DNA of 64,000 nt, from positions 62,001 through 126,000 of the forward strand of contig KZ538012.1 of assembly GCA_000934665.2 (NCBI GenBank), in the 5' to 3' direction. The stretch is from Catajapyx aquilonaris (lineage: Eukaryota). A program made the translations under genes and the position numbers. Below the pieces are notes generated by a model that was not told where the DNA came from, ran no database searches, and worked only from the letters and a program-made list of their open reading frames with translations. This document shows, in pieces, positions 28,858 to 43,000 of the stretch (the stretch's first letter is position 1; each line of letters begins with the position of its first letter).

Positions 28858-29110
28858 TGTCATACTGCTAGCGACATTTTCCGATGCGGCAGATGTGCAA
28901 ATCGAAGTGATAGAGTGCGAGCCGTGCGAGTAAGAAATGGGTGACGTCACTGGCTGGGGACAAACCTTTCTCCATTTCCCCCAAGCCGGTGACGTCACTC
29001 AAGGCCTACCTCTTCTTACTCGCACGGCTCACACTCTCTCACTTCAATTTGCACTTCTGCCGCTTCAGAAAATGTCGTAAGCAGTATGACGCGATTAATG
29101 TCCAACACTG
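28858..29110. mobile_element. MITE family A copy 2, inverted relative to copy 1, one terminus truncated
   Basis: Reverse complement of 28-280; ends TGTCCAACACTG|TA. Confidence 0.8.
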
Positions 29111-32100
29111 TACTGATGGTGTTTCGTCTATTGGTTATTTTCTCTACGAGATATTGCTGACGACTTACAAAATTCCAGTTATACCGGTATATGGTTATAA
29201 TTATGCTATGCATTCGGAATGAGAGAAATTACAAGTGCAAGCTTTAATGAACATTGTCGTGTGGCATCGGGATGATTAATCTGCAATAATAATGCCTCTT
29301 ATTATCCTTTATAAGGATGAGAGTGCTTACATTTAGGGGGGGGGGGGTTTCCTCATACTAAATCGCCTGCTGTTATAGTGCGTCGTACGTATGGACGTGA
29401 CAAGCGGAATGGACAACTAGATTGACGTGTTTGCGTTGTTTACGGTCGAGAATAAAATTCGATCAATATCGGACCTGGAATGCCTGGCAGTAAAACAATG
29501 TCCGCGTAATATTTATTTGCTAATAACAATTTTATTAATCGATTATTTATGTGAAAGATATTATAATTTTCCCACATGCAACATTTCAAATCACGGGTCA
29601 CTTCATCTGTACAGGAGACGATGCGTATAAGCTTTTGCAAAATATTACCAAGTACATCTTATGCAATGAGATGTCTGAAATCAATCACATTGGATCGAAA
29701 TGTCGCATAATATTTATCATTTATAAGTAGAGAGGTCCCAATAGAGTCGTAACAAAGGCCTGCGTGACAGATATTTGGCACTTTGTATATCAAAGTGTAT
29801 TCATGTGGGTATTTCTTTCATCCACGTGAAGTATATTGCGCATTGTTTTATTAGCACAATATTTTACTGTGCAGTACCGGTATATCATACATTACATTCC
29901 GATAGTACTCTCCAATGACATGTTTATAATACCAAAATAATTTTTGTTAGTTTGAAATATGCCTAATTTGTATCGTATACTGTAGTAATGCAAACGTGAC
30001 TATATCCTATGACCTCTCATATACGCGAACATTGAAACGCACCAAATTATTTATCCCGTTTCATTACGATAATCATATTACAACACTTAATAGCACTTCG
30101 ACCCCAAAAGACGTACTGAAATAACCCTCTACAACCCTGCAACCATTTTACAGTCTTAACACCACAAAAGGCTTACCCCAACATTTCCCTCATTTTTGCA
30201 TGATTTGCTCTGGAATTACCAAGTCTGAAAGCAACCTACTGTTCATGATTAAATTAGGATCAGGATTAAAGTACCCCCCATTCCCCCCAATCCTCTTTTC
30301 TTTTTCCCCCCAAAGGCTAACCCCCTCCAGCCCCCTCCATTATTATCCTCGTCCATTCCGACCGCCTCCTTTCTACCAGTCGTCAAGTCTCGATTAATAA
30401 GATGAGGGCTTAAATTTCATTAGCTACTAGCACAAGGGTACAGGGCAAGTCTGAAACCTAATAATGCAGACTGTAGCCCCTTTTAATCCTGATTAATGCC
30501 GTGCTATAAAAATGTTGTAAAATGGCCAATTGGAGCCAATGGGACACCTACGTTTCCTTTTTAAAAAAAACATCGTCGTTTCTCCTGCTGGTTTGGCGAA
30601 TGACGTCAATAACGACTTGGTGGGGATCGAGAGAATTCTGCTCTCGTCCGAAGCCAGCAACAACCTTGGGGAATTGCCGCAGAATAGTAATGGCCATTGA
30701 CTTCTTCCGACCCACTTAGCTCGGGTCTTCCACATGAGAAGATATGTCGCTGTTCGGATTACTTGCGAATTTTAACCGTGTTGCTTCCTGGAAGAGACCA
30801 GCTTGCCGTGGAATTGTTTTATAATTGTCAGGAAATTTATACAATATGGTCGTGTCGTGATTGCTACACTTAACTGTTATTCGTGGATGATATGGCGTCG
30901 TTTTTTTTTTTTTTTGTGTCGACGGTAAAAGTAAGGAGTTCAAATTAAAACATTTTGGCACCGGATTCCTTGCATACAGAAGGCTCAAGGTCTGATTCAA
31001 TTTCATTTCCCATAAGGTTTTCTCCATAACACTTTTTTTTTTGGATATTGGACCATTCCAAGGCCAAGATTGTGCCTGTCGTCACCTGATGACTTTATTT
31101 TCGACTAACTTTGTTGGCATTCGCAGTGTACGTGGTCTGAGCTGAAAGTGTTAAATCTCACATGAATGGTATGAGAAAAGTTTTTGTGAAGTTAATACCA
31201 ATCCTGTGTGGGCGTCATTTATACATAAATTTTTATATCATCAGTGTAATAGATGCAAAGAAGTAGTATGCTGCTATTTGAAAGTTTCAATATAGTTTTT
31301 CCGTAATTTTATTCAAAAAGTAATAAATTATAATTCCTATTAATTTTCTGTAAAATGTAACTAAAATAACAGCAAGAATTTATAGTGCAGTGTGATCTTA
31401 ATGGTATTGCAATTTCCCCTACTACCAGACCACAAAAAAATATTGATTATTTGACTCGCCCCTTGCATTAAAGGTATATGCCTTACCCTACTTAATGCGG
31501 TTCCGCAAACTTTTAATTTGGCTAAAAGTTTTGGCATCTCTTTTTAAAAAATGACCATAATTTTATGTTTCAAAATGCTTTTCAAATAATTAATGCTCAT
31601 CAGGCATACCAAAAAAACATTAAACTGTCGGATTGTATGCAGGATGCCCTTTGTCAAATGCTGTACGCTTGAATATTTTAAATTACAGTCCGAGAAGGTT
31701 GACATGATTCCTATGTAAAATTTTACTTGCGTAACTCATGCACGACTGAAACCTTTCATCACCTCCCAGGTACTGTACCATCAGAAAACATGTACTTTTC
31801 TCATGCACTATGCAGTTACAGAGCAGTCCCCCCCCCCCCCAGAAAAAAAACTAGCAGCACTGAAAACCACTGTCCTGAACCTCAGTAAATGGAAGTTCAT
31901 TTAACTGAGGCTGTGAACACAGTTATAAATATTACGTTAGTATAAATTAGATGTCGTGATAATGCAATTTTGATGTCGAGAGTCGGAATATGTAAATGAC
32001 TCTCGCTTAGTTTAACTTTCAGTAGAAAGTGACAGAATGGAAGCTGATTAAGAAACAGCGTTCAGTTCAAAAACTGAATTGTACCAGTTTAAAAATGCAA

Positions 32101-32233
32101 GCAAGTCTTCCGCATTCGTGTCAGCTGAAAAACAACGGTCCGACTGAATATGGATCCGCTGGTTGAACTCTCGTCACTTGACGAAGCGGCACCGCAATGG
32201 TTTAGATCCAGCACCGGTTTGGTATCGGTAATA

Positions 32234-32712
32234 CAGTGAAACCTCGATTCATCGTTTTTGTCGAGATCCCTGACAAAAAACGACGGATACGGGAAAACGA
32301 TATAAAGATGTTCTGGTAGGCTATATATTTTCGACATCATACAACGTACCCTAATGTTATTTTCCAATTGTCAAGTCCAACCTGCATTGCCTTTTAAAAA
32401 ATAAAGTCCTTAATATTCATTTGTTTAGTATTCTTTCTTTTCAAGCTTAACGAGTATAAGATATTCATTGTGTCTTATTGCGTGTGTTTTTCCGGTGACG
32501 TCACGATAAACGTATTGAAAACGATCAATCCGGGATTCACTATATTCGGGTTAATAATTCTAAGCAATAGATGCTGGAAAACGATAAAATAACAGAGGAA
32601 CGATCGATGAGATTGTAATTTCTATTTTTAGAAGTTATTTTTGGACCCTAGAAATTGAACGATGAATCAGGGAAAACGACACATCCAGAAACGATAGATC
32701 GAGGTTTCACTT
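32234..32712. mobile_element. pogo/Tigger-like MITE, possibly compound
   Basis: TA|CAGTGAAACCTCGAT...ATCGAGGTTTCACT; extra right-end-like motif near 32540; repeated AAACGAT. Confidence 0.65.
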
Positions 32713-32947
32713 TAATGCAATTCGGGACATGTATCGGTCGGAAAACCGCGGCGCATAATATTCGAGACCCGTGATATCGTCAGGAGATAATGAAAGCAGA
32801 GGTGCAAATATGTGTGTGGTAATGGGCGTAAGCGGTGTTAAGCCGTGCTCCATGTGCGGGAAACATGCGAGAATGATTTATCTGCCTAGGCCATGAAAGC
32901 AATCATCTTTCGGTCGTAATTAACCCGTGTGACTAGCGCTTTACTGT

Positions 32948-32961
32948 NNNNNNNNNNNNNN
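32948..32961. other. Assembly gap
   Basis: N run next to a C-run. Confidence 0.99.
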
Positions 32962-35900
32962 CCCCCCCCCCCAGTGGACGTCACTATCAATTGCCTACGT
33001 TCCCTATTTGCTATGCTGCTGTACTACCATGTTGAAATGGAGGTCATAGGTTAGGACACTCATTCTGCCTCAATCCATTTTCTAACCTGGATTATTCTCG
33101 ACCTGCTGGCTGTAATTAGTCAGGGGGTTTAGATGTCAGAAAACATGCCCAACTAATCTCTAGCGGCCATAATTAACTTTGGAAGAAAATCATCCTACTG
33201 GCTATTTGCGGTTGTGGCGCATATAACACAGCTCTAAGGAAGGTGTTTTGCGACAGGAAAATTATATGAGGGAGGTGAGCGCAATCCCTTGGTAATGGCC
33301 GAATGAAATGACCACGTTACCTAGATGGGCCCTAATTTTACTCTTTTATGTTTAAAAATAAAACATGGAGTATTGGAATATACCTAAGAGTCTATTTTTG
33401 CTGTCAAGGACTGAGGTCTCACTGGAAATGGGCACTACAGCACGCAGTCGTTTATCCTGATTGTTCTGGGCAACCCTGCATGTCACTCATGGCTCAGATG
33501 TCTAACTTGTAGGATATACTTTTTGTCTCTGAATATAAGACGTAAATATTGTCAATCGATCAATGTTAGACTGTCTACAACATATTCATAATTTTACTGG
33601 ACCTAGTTGTATGCACTAACCTGTGTGTACCACCCTGTGTTTTCCATAATTAACTAAAAGCGCAGATAATTTTCACTAGGGTCGTCACTAGGGTCGTTAT
33701 GCAGATAATTTATTTATTTTATCATATCACGTGTTTATATTAAACATCCGATTTTTTACAACACTGCTCTACTTCTCTCCACATTATCGGATGTAAATTT
33801 GCTCTATACTCACCCGCACCAAACACACTCATGCGCCTGTACAGTACATGATTTTGCACTAATTATGCAGTGTAGGTCCTTAAAATGTGCGTCATCAATT
33901 TAAACTAAATTAATACAGCTACACACTGTTGGCTCCAGCACCAACACCCTGCATACTGTACTCCCCATTATTTTAAAAAAAAAACATATTTTCATTTGAA
34001 AGAACTTGGAAAGAAGAAGCCTCAGGCAGTCAGGTGCATGATGCATTGTCGCACAACCTAAATAACACACTATTGCCACGAACAATTTCAAAAAACCATA
34101 CCAAGCCCGCACATCATGAATAGTCTCGTGCAAGAAAACGCGCTCGTATTGGGGTTAACATGTAGAAAAATCCATTTGGGTTAAAATGGCAGCCATAGAC
34201 TTCGTGACAAGGAGAAACAGTCTGCGTGCACACGTAAGTTAGAAATGCCCTGTTTTTTTTATATGTATAGGCTACACTTCTTCTCTCCATCTCAGACGAG
34301 CAGCTTTTGCAGGACGCAAGAGGGTGAATGTCACACGCAGCCAGAGCATGGCCTCACAAAATATTTATCATTAGTAGTTGATTGGGGGCAGAGGTGCACT
34401 GTAATAACATGCAGCAATGTGATAGGCTTAGATGGAGAGAGTAAGCTGTATTCAGCAGCACCCGGGGCTTGGAGGCGATGCTTCTCTTCCATTACTGGTT
34501 CTAAGCCTCTTTTAATGGGACAGACGTGTATGTGGTCGACGCACACTGTCCCCAACATTGGCCTAGGCTCTTCAAATACTACACCAGAGAGAATTTACAC
34601 TTGATAGAGGAGGGAACAACTTTTTAGAAAATAAAATAGATGTTCTGAGATATTACTTTAGGGATGTCCATGACCTAGGTTCCAGTACACGTGTCCAGGA
34701 AGGAAGAGAATGTGCATGAAAAGTCTTTTTGTCAAAAGACATTGCGTGATATTTCGCATGCATTTATTACGTCATGGTGGTTTATATATGTTGGAGAAAG
34801 CTGCTGGGATGACAACTGCGTAACGATGTTATCGTGGATCATGCAAGGTTGAGAGAGATATGGGTCTATAGTATAAAGGCCACAAACAAATCCAAGAGGG
34901 CTCATAAGATATTTAGTGGTAGCCTTTTCGGGTCTTTTGAAGGTCGAGGATCGATTTGGGGCTTGTCTTTTCATCAGATTTTGGGAGGTATCAAGCTCGA
35001 GTGGGTTGGACCAAATTGTTTTTGTTAAAAAAATATATAGTAATCGATTTTCGCTTTGAATTAGCTATTCTTGTGAGATTTTCTATAAGAATTCATGTGA
35101 ATTACAAATCTATTGATTACATAAGAATGACTGACATCAATCGAAAGGAAAGTAAGCAATCCAATTTCAATGACTTACGTATCACTTGAGTCCTCTAATC
35201 CCGGGATGTCAGGTGTAATAAGGCCCACAAAATACATTCCTGTCATTACAATTAATTTAACAAGTAAGACAAAAATCGCTATAGTTTGCTGTAAGTTTGC
35301 GCAAAATACTGCACAAGACCGAATAGAAAGATATGTTGTATACTATCATAATGGGCTTCAGGGTGAAAGTCATCACTATTGCAGAACGTGCTTGTTTGTT
35401 TTGTAAAATAATACCGCATTATATATGGTTTAGGCACAAAAAGGCACTGTAAGTCATCCTGACATGAAACAAGGGGTTTGTGGTTTTATGCTTTGTTGAT
35501 ATGGCGTGTCATTTTTCACTATAATGAAGTGTACTGTAGTATAGCACAATGGATCTCAGTAATTCGGAATATTTGTTGTCATTTTAATGCTTTGTGGGCC
35601 TACCTATATTACAGTACAGTAAGCTGCATTGCCATTTTATGACCATTTCCAAGTGGTCTGTATAGCCTATTGAATGAACAGATGTTGAAAGACTATCATA
35701 ATACTGTAGGCCTTGTAGATACCCTAAGCTGTTCATGCAAGGTGGCGTAAAAGGTGCGATAAAATGACCTGAGGGTATTTTCATCTTGAAAAATAAGACA
35801 CCCAAGTCCGAGGGGAAGTGTGTGTCTTTTGCACCATCCTATAACTGGTGTTACTCTGCCTAAGTTAAAGGTCCCAGCAGCGGGGATCGGGAAAAGTTGA

Positions 35901-36958
35901 TAAATTAATCCCCCTAGGCGATATAAACAAAGTCGGATGCATGCGAAAAAGCTAAAAGAAGGCCCAAACTTCTAGTGCCTATAGCAGGGACTGGAGTTTG
36001 CAATCAAGGATATCTAATCCATCAACTCTTCCCCATGTAACCCTCTTTCGGATTGTCAACCTAGACAGAGAAACACCTTGTAGGCCGTGAGCTCTGAATT
36101 TACATTCGAATATACAGGGTGTTCCGAGTTCGTGGGTCGTTTTTAGTTATAATAAGTTTTGCTCAAAGCTGTTTTTTTGTAGCTTGTTGCATACGTAGCT
36201 TTCGTTACTTACACCGTACACCGTACATGTACTTCTGATTTTTTCTTACGTCAGTAAAAGATCTATCACGTCGCGAAGTCCCAGGGAACTAACACAAAAG
36301 TATGTCGTTAGGTAACCCGTATATTGTACTTCGTTGTATAACTCTGATATAACCATTCCCTGTACATCTTATTGCCCTGACACAATCTGCTCTAGGGGTC
36401 ATAGCAGAACGAATTTCATGCATTATTATTCATACATTATTGCCTCTTTTTATTGCTTTACCTTCATCGGATTCCAACAAAGGCTACACGAAGGTTATCT
36501 GAATAAGCTCCTAAAAAAAGCATTGCAGAGTCAACTTGTATGCTTTTACCGTACATGTTGACACTACTGGTTGTGAGTTTTAGCAGCTTATTCGGATTAC
36601 TTGGGATGATATGGTCGGTTGTTAGAAAACCCTGTTCATATTAGCTTCTCAGAATCGCGTTGCCCTGCACTTAATGTTTGCAATACATTTCAGCTGCTAC
36701 TATACGTACATGCACTGTATGTGAAACATCAATAGCGACTTGATGTCAATATTTTTGTTAAATAGAGTACTTTGAAATTGACCAAATAAAAGTATTTATC
36801 AGCAGACAAACAGGATGATGGATAAATATTATTAGTGAAAATACTGTATTTGTCATGATTTTGAGAGAGTTGAAGTGTTGTACTAGAAAATGGCTTGCTG
36901 CATGTTGGAGGAATGTATTTGTTGCTGTGTTGACTATGAATCGATATTGTCTTTTCAG

Positions 36959-37059
36959 CGGACAGCAGCTTCCTCTTGGCCAACGCCCAGATCGTGGACT
37001 ACCCCATCGTGTACTGCAACGAGACTTTCTGCAAAATCTCCGGTTACAACCGAGCTGAG
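36959..37059 (+). CDS. eag: eag coding exon (probably exon 2), start of PAS: (P)[33 protein letters not shown]
   Basis: Acceptor cttttcag, donor GAG|gtcagt; translation matches Eag PAS. Confidence 0.96.
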
Positions 37060-40000
37060 GTCAGTCACATCACGCCTCCTCCAGACTGTATATACTGTAT
37101 CTAAGCTTTTGGACATGGCTCGGGCCAGCCTTATTGATATTGTTTCTAGACGTGATAGCTGTCTAAAAGCGTCGCGAGTGCTACTTTCCAAAGCAATATG
37201 AGTTCATAGCCCGCTATGGCTTTCGAGTGGCTTCGAACCACCAGAGAGTTATGTATCGTATACTTTTTTATGTTCTTGTCACCAGAGTCAGGGTGGCCTG
37301 AGGTAAGCTGTTACGTAATAGTCCAAGAGTTATATTCTTGTGGAATGTGTTACTATAATAAGGGTTAGAAAACTTCAACTAAGATATTACAGACAATTCA
37401 TTGTGATTGTAGGAGTCCATTGTAACAGTATAACTGCATACTGCAGTGTCATCGAGTATTTCTGTCGCAGCCGCATGGTGTACTGCCGCATTTCGCGGAA
37501 GTGCTGTAATGCCTCATGGTTACACCAGGTGGCCTAGACTTTCGGAGCACTTTGTCAGGTGCAGATTGCCTTACTGCACTTGATGCAATACATTTGTAAA
37601 ACGGCTGTATGGTTTGGGTTGTGTAACTGCTGCAGGTGGGGGCTATTAATCGGCAGGATAGTTTCTGCAAAGGTTAGCTTACAGCACACAACCAGCAAGC
37701 AATATGCCAATAATAATCATTATTAATCGGGTACAAACTGGACGGTGTTATGCAATAATGGATCAACCCACAAAAATATCACAATTTAGTTAAGCCCAGG
37801 GAACATACACCCAAAGGATAGTACTTCATTCAGTTAAAATCAAGGTGGCGAAATCTGCATACTTCTGCCACAAATGACCGAAAAGTTAACTCACAAATGG
37901 TGTGCATGGACGGTGTTATGCAATAATTTGTCAACCCACAAAAATGTCAAAAAAGAGCTAAGCCCAGGAACATATACTTGTACCTAAAGGATCCTACTTC
38001 ATTCAGTTAAAATTAAGATGGCGAAATCTGCATACTTCTGCCATAAATGACCGAAATTGTTCTCATGTGGGTTGACTCATTATTGCATATCACCGTTCAA
38101 CTAATATACTCTTCAGAACTACGTATATACTCTTCAAACAACCACGGTGGTATCGCCCAGGCCGGTACGTTGCATCGGTTACGATATCCAGTGAAAAAAT
38201 GCGTGTATAGGCTTGTGTTGGTCGTAGCTGTATGGCTTTGGGTTTGTGACATTGCGCGAGTGCACGTTAAAGATCCCCAGAGTGGCCAAATTTCCAGGAG
38301 GAGGACCACCCCCTGGCGTCGGTGTTTAGCCTTAGCAGCAGAAATAGGCCGACGTTAAGCCCCACTGATAAGTATGGCTTTGGGTTGACCGCACCTAGTA
38401 CTGCCCGTCTTGTGGCCCTGCCAGGCACGGTACGTCGCATTGCGTGATGATTTTAGTTAATTGCGAGCATTTGCGAGCTGGGCGCTTATGGTGGATTGTA
38501 TATCCGCAACATTACTGTCCGTCTTGTGGCGACGCAGGCCAACGAACGTTTTTGTGGCTTTGCCATCAGTACCAAATCAGGAATTAATTCTACAATCCCC
38601 ACACCAGACCGCCAAGTAAAACCCGTGAAAATCCCCAATGTGCGGAACCCACGGAAATTATTTTGTAGATCGTACGGTAACCCGCCGGTAAAGTAGAGTT
38701 AAACCCATGTATTTACGTAGTCATAGTAAAGGCATTAACATCAGCCCAGCATAAGTCACAGACTCACAGTTAACCCCTTCGGCCCCAGATCGGCCCGAAC
38801 CACACAGTTTTTGGCGTACGCGTACTCCGAAGATACGGACAAGATATTTTGCAAATAATAACAGCTATACTTACGAGATCTGGGAAAACCCTATGAATGT
38901 GTCTGGAACCATTTTACTCGTCTAGAAGTCCCTAAATTAATTCCCAAAAAAGGGCTATAATAACTAGAAATTGGACTACAGCCGCCCAACTTTTAGGCTG
39001 ATTTTATTATGAAATGCGTGAAAATATGCGGAATAACAACCTTGAGAACCATGCCAGACGAATTTGCTGAAATCGTCGTACTTTGCGAGAAATAAATTAA
39101 TATTTATTTGCGGCTTTCTAGCACTTAGGAAAATTCCTAAATGAGTATGAGATGAATTTTCTGAAATCGTCGTACTTCATGAGAAACAAATAAATTTGGG
39201 AGTTTTCCGAAGTTTTCCGAAGTTTTCCGAAGTGCCAGAAAGCCGCAAATAAGCATTAGTAATTTATTTCTCGCAAAGGATGATGATTTCAGCAAATTCC
39301 TCTGGCATGGTTCTCAAGGTTGTTATTCCGCATATTTTCACGTATTTCATAATCAAATCAGCCTAAAAGTTGGGCGGCAGTAGTCAAATTTCGAGTTATT
39401 ATAGCCCTTTTTTGGAAATTAATTTAGGGACTTCTAGACGAGTAAAATGGTTCCAGACACATTCATAGGGTTTTTCCAGATCTCGTAAGTATAGCTATTA
39501 TTATTTGCAAAATATCTTGTCCGTATCTTCGGAGTACGCGTAAGCCAAAAACTGTGTGGTTCGGGCCGATCTGGGGCCGAAGGGGTTAAGCATAAGAACA
39601 GTTTGCACCGTGAGCCATCCCGAAGCCCAACTCCCCCTTTTAAACTTTTTCTCGGCATCGAAAAAGGTCTTTTCGAACGGCTCTGTCCGTCCGTCTGTTT
39701 GTGGACAGTTATCAGGGCCTAAACCGCATGAGATAGCGACAAACGGTTTACGGATTCGGATTAATCGTAACCAAAATAGGTCTGATGGCCAACTTCCGGT
39801 TTTCCGGGTTCACTATATCCGCCAAGGTCAAATCTGCAGGCAAGTAACTTGGCTTGACTTGGCAACGGGAAATGTGACTGACAACAATCAATGTCATTCA
39901 TCGTGTCGTATCGGGTTTGTCAAGGTCATTTCCCGCTGCCTGATGAGAAAAAAGTCTACTCGAATCCCGCTCGCATGATTTGCCTAATCTTGTTTCCCCA

Positions 40001-43000
40001 CCTTTTCCTGAACTGCATGCGTGGATCAATCTTCAACCATAATTATACACTATACCAGGGTGTTCCAAATTCCTCAGTCATTTTTATAACTGATATCATC
40101 GGATAGCAGTTATTTTTTGTAGCTTATTGTTAGCCAGGCCGCTCTCTTTAAACTTCTATTTAATGTAGCTTATTGTTGTGCCCCGATGTGGGTTCCCCAT
40201 CGAATAAAACAGTTGCTATAGAATGTGGCACCTACAGGGGCACAACAAGCTACAAAAATAACTGTTATCGGGCGATATCAATTATAATAAAACGACCAAT
40301 GAATTTGGAACACCCAGCTGTATACTCAAGGAAATGTCATGTATTACCCAAGGACAAATATGTCCCGTCCGTTACTGATACTTTGTCCCGTCCGTTACCT
40401 ACATTAATTTTTATTCTACCAATCACATAGCAACAACTTAATTTTGGAAAGACCCTATTTTGTTGATATTTTATTTTTATTCTTATTTTTTTAGTTTACC
40501 CCGTGATGACCCTTACGGGTGCTATAGGGGGCTGGCATACCACCATCAGTTTTCTGTATATATTTTCACTTCATTCACCGGGGCAAGGAAACAGGGACAA
40601 TGGGAAAGTATAGGGATTTTTGGGGAGGGAACATGGGTGCAAGGTGCAATGTCGTAGCTATGGGTCATGTTCTGTTCCCCAGGAGGTTAGGTTGCCAGAC
40701 ACCTCCTTGGTGCAGGTCAGAGACCCTCCTGACGCAGGTGAAAGGAGAGTTTCCCCACAATAATTTGAGTTTAGTACAGTATTACGCTTTACGAGTACTT
40801 AAAACATTTTTTTTCAAAATATCTAGCCGATCCTATTATTATGCATGATAGCCCAGTATGAGATATTTTATACATGAAATCACGTAAACACACAGGGATA
40901 TAGAAATTCAAAATTGTGTTGTTTAAAGCGAGTCACATTCCAGGCATGCCATCCCGTTTTAGATTTTGGGCGCCGATTTTGTAGTCCACAGCGGACGACT
41001 ATTACCATAATACTGTATGTGCGGCAAATAACTCATTAGCCTGAAATACGGCCGAATTTCATGGGCCGTTAATAGCTCGCTTTGTATGGAAAGCAATCGA
41101 TGGGGGTGTTTAATCCGGTCTCTTTTAAATCCTCCTGAATCTCGTTGGGACCAAATTTGCAATCGCTTGAGCCCGTACCACACTAATCCATCCTGCTACC
41201 CACATGCAAAAAATGTGGTTACTTCTCTGGTCATGTCGGTCACTATTTTGTATGTTGTCAAAACCAAGGGGCAACTGAGTTAGAGGTTTTTTTTGTGTGT
41301 GTGTGTGGATGCTCGACCCATTCTGGTAGAAGTTTGCACTCACGAGAGTTTGCAAAATATTCTGTAGACTCTTCTGAACCAATCAGAATTTATTGTTGTG
41401 TTCAGGACAAGTTGGTGAAATTTTTATGTGGCTATGTTATTCGATATTATTTTATAAGAGGAAATATGTCTTGTAAATAAAATCGATTGGCATTGCTGAA
41501 TTGTGTGAGAGTTAATATCGTTGTAATAGTATCCCGGCGGTGCGGTTGGATGGGATTTATTGAATCATACTACGTATTACAGGGTGGTTTATAACTGATT
41601 TGCGTAATTCACCGCCAACTGTTCCCGGAGGGCACTTAATGCTCCAAAATGTCAAGTGACATAATATCCGTGCCTCCGTTATCGATATAGGTGTCGATGT
41701 CGCTACAGGCCTTACTCATATAGTGCCAAGTACTAAGTCGACGGAAATTGGTGCCGTGTTATAAAATCAAGACGATAGGAACTAACTAGGGAACGATCAA
41801 GGTCGGTCGCCTCCTATTTTGTTGAAACTCGCTTGAGGGGTCACTCATGTGCGAAAGATACAGTGGTGAAATTCCTAAATGCCACTATCCAGCCGTTTCC
41901 GAGATATGAGCGACAAAACAATCCGAATTTTGGCCGCGCGTACAGGTGTGTCGGGCGGGAAGGGACAAAGGCCAACTCGCGGTCAAAATTCGGATGTTTC
42001 TGTCGCTCATATCTCGGAAACGGATGGATAGTGGCATTTAGGAATTTCACCACTGTATCTTTCGCACATGAGTGACCCCTCAAGCGAGTTTCAACAAAAT
42101 CGGAGGCGACCAAGGTTGGTCGTTCCCTTGTAAGTGCAACTAACTACAAGTGTGCGATATTATATTCATATCATTTTCGTCTCTAGTACCATGGCACCAA
42201 TTTCAGTGTAGTTCACGCTAGGATGCTTAAGGCTTTGTAGTCAATAATGCATCTGACTAGGCCATATTCAGTCACTCTACATGTTTGATAAGGATACACG
42301 CGGACCTTCCGGATCTTCTGTTGAATTTATGCAAGAAGTGGCAGCGAGTATCGAATACTGAGGTTGTGTAAATAATGTTTCCAGCTAGCTTTGAAATCTT
42401 GAGGTCTATAGTAGCGTAGTGGATAAACTCAACTGTACACTTGGCCTTTCTGTGTTGGACAGGTGATGCAGAAGTCATGCCGGTGCAGCTTCATGTGTGG
42501 GGAATTGACCGACAGAGAGACAATAGCCAGGATGGACGAGTGTCTCGACAACCACTTGCAGGAGCAATTCGAGATACTCCTCTACAAGAAAAACAGTAAG
42601 TTCTAATTATGGACAAGCATACCCTGAGATTTTCACGAATTAATTTAATTTTGACAGAAACTCCACTATGGCTACTGCTTCAAGTAGCCCCTATCAAAAA
42701 CGAGCGCGACCTGGTGGTGCTGTTCCTGCTGACCTTCCGGGACATCACAGCGCTCAAGCAGCCCATAGAGGCCGACGACAACAAAGGTATAGGTGGAGGT
42801 GTGTATAGGTGTCGTGGGCCGCTGCTGCGTGCGCATCCATTATTGTTACATGATTGTATTCGGCTGCTGCTCTCCTTGGCTGATGCCCTTTGGCTTCTAT
42901 TTGTGGCTCATTGGGACGACGCATTTGCTGCACTTATCACTTATTCACTCATCCGATACGGAGCTGGGAAGAAGTTCTGAAACATGGAAGCGAAGGAATT

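Noticed and set aside
37739..38099. CRISPR-like or satellite array
   Set aside because: Only two long units with an inverted end, in a eukaryotic intron.
41833..42113. Mirror-image ORFs on both strands
   Set aside because: Artefact of the inverted repeat.
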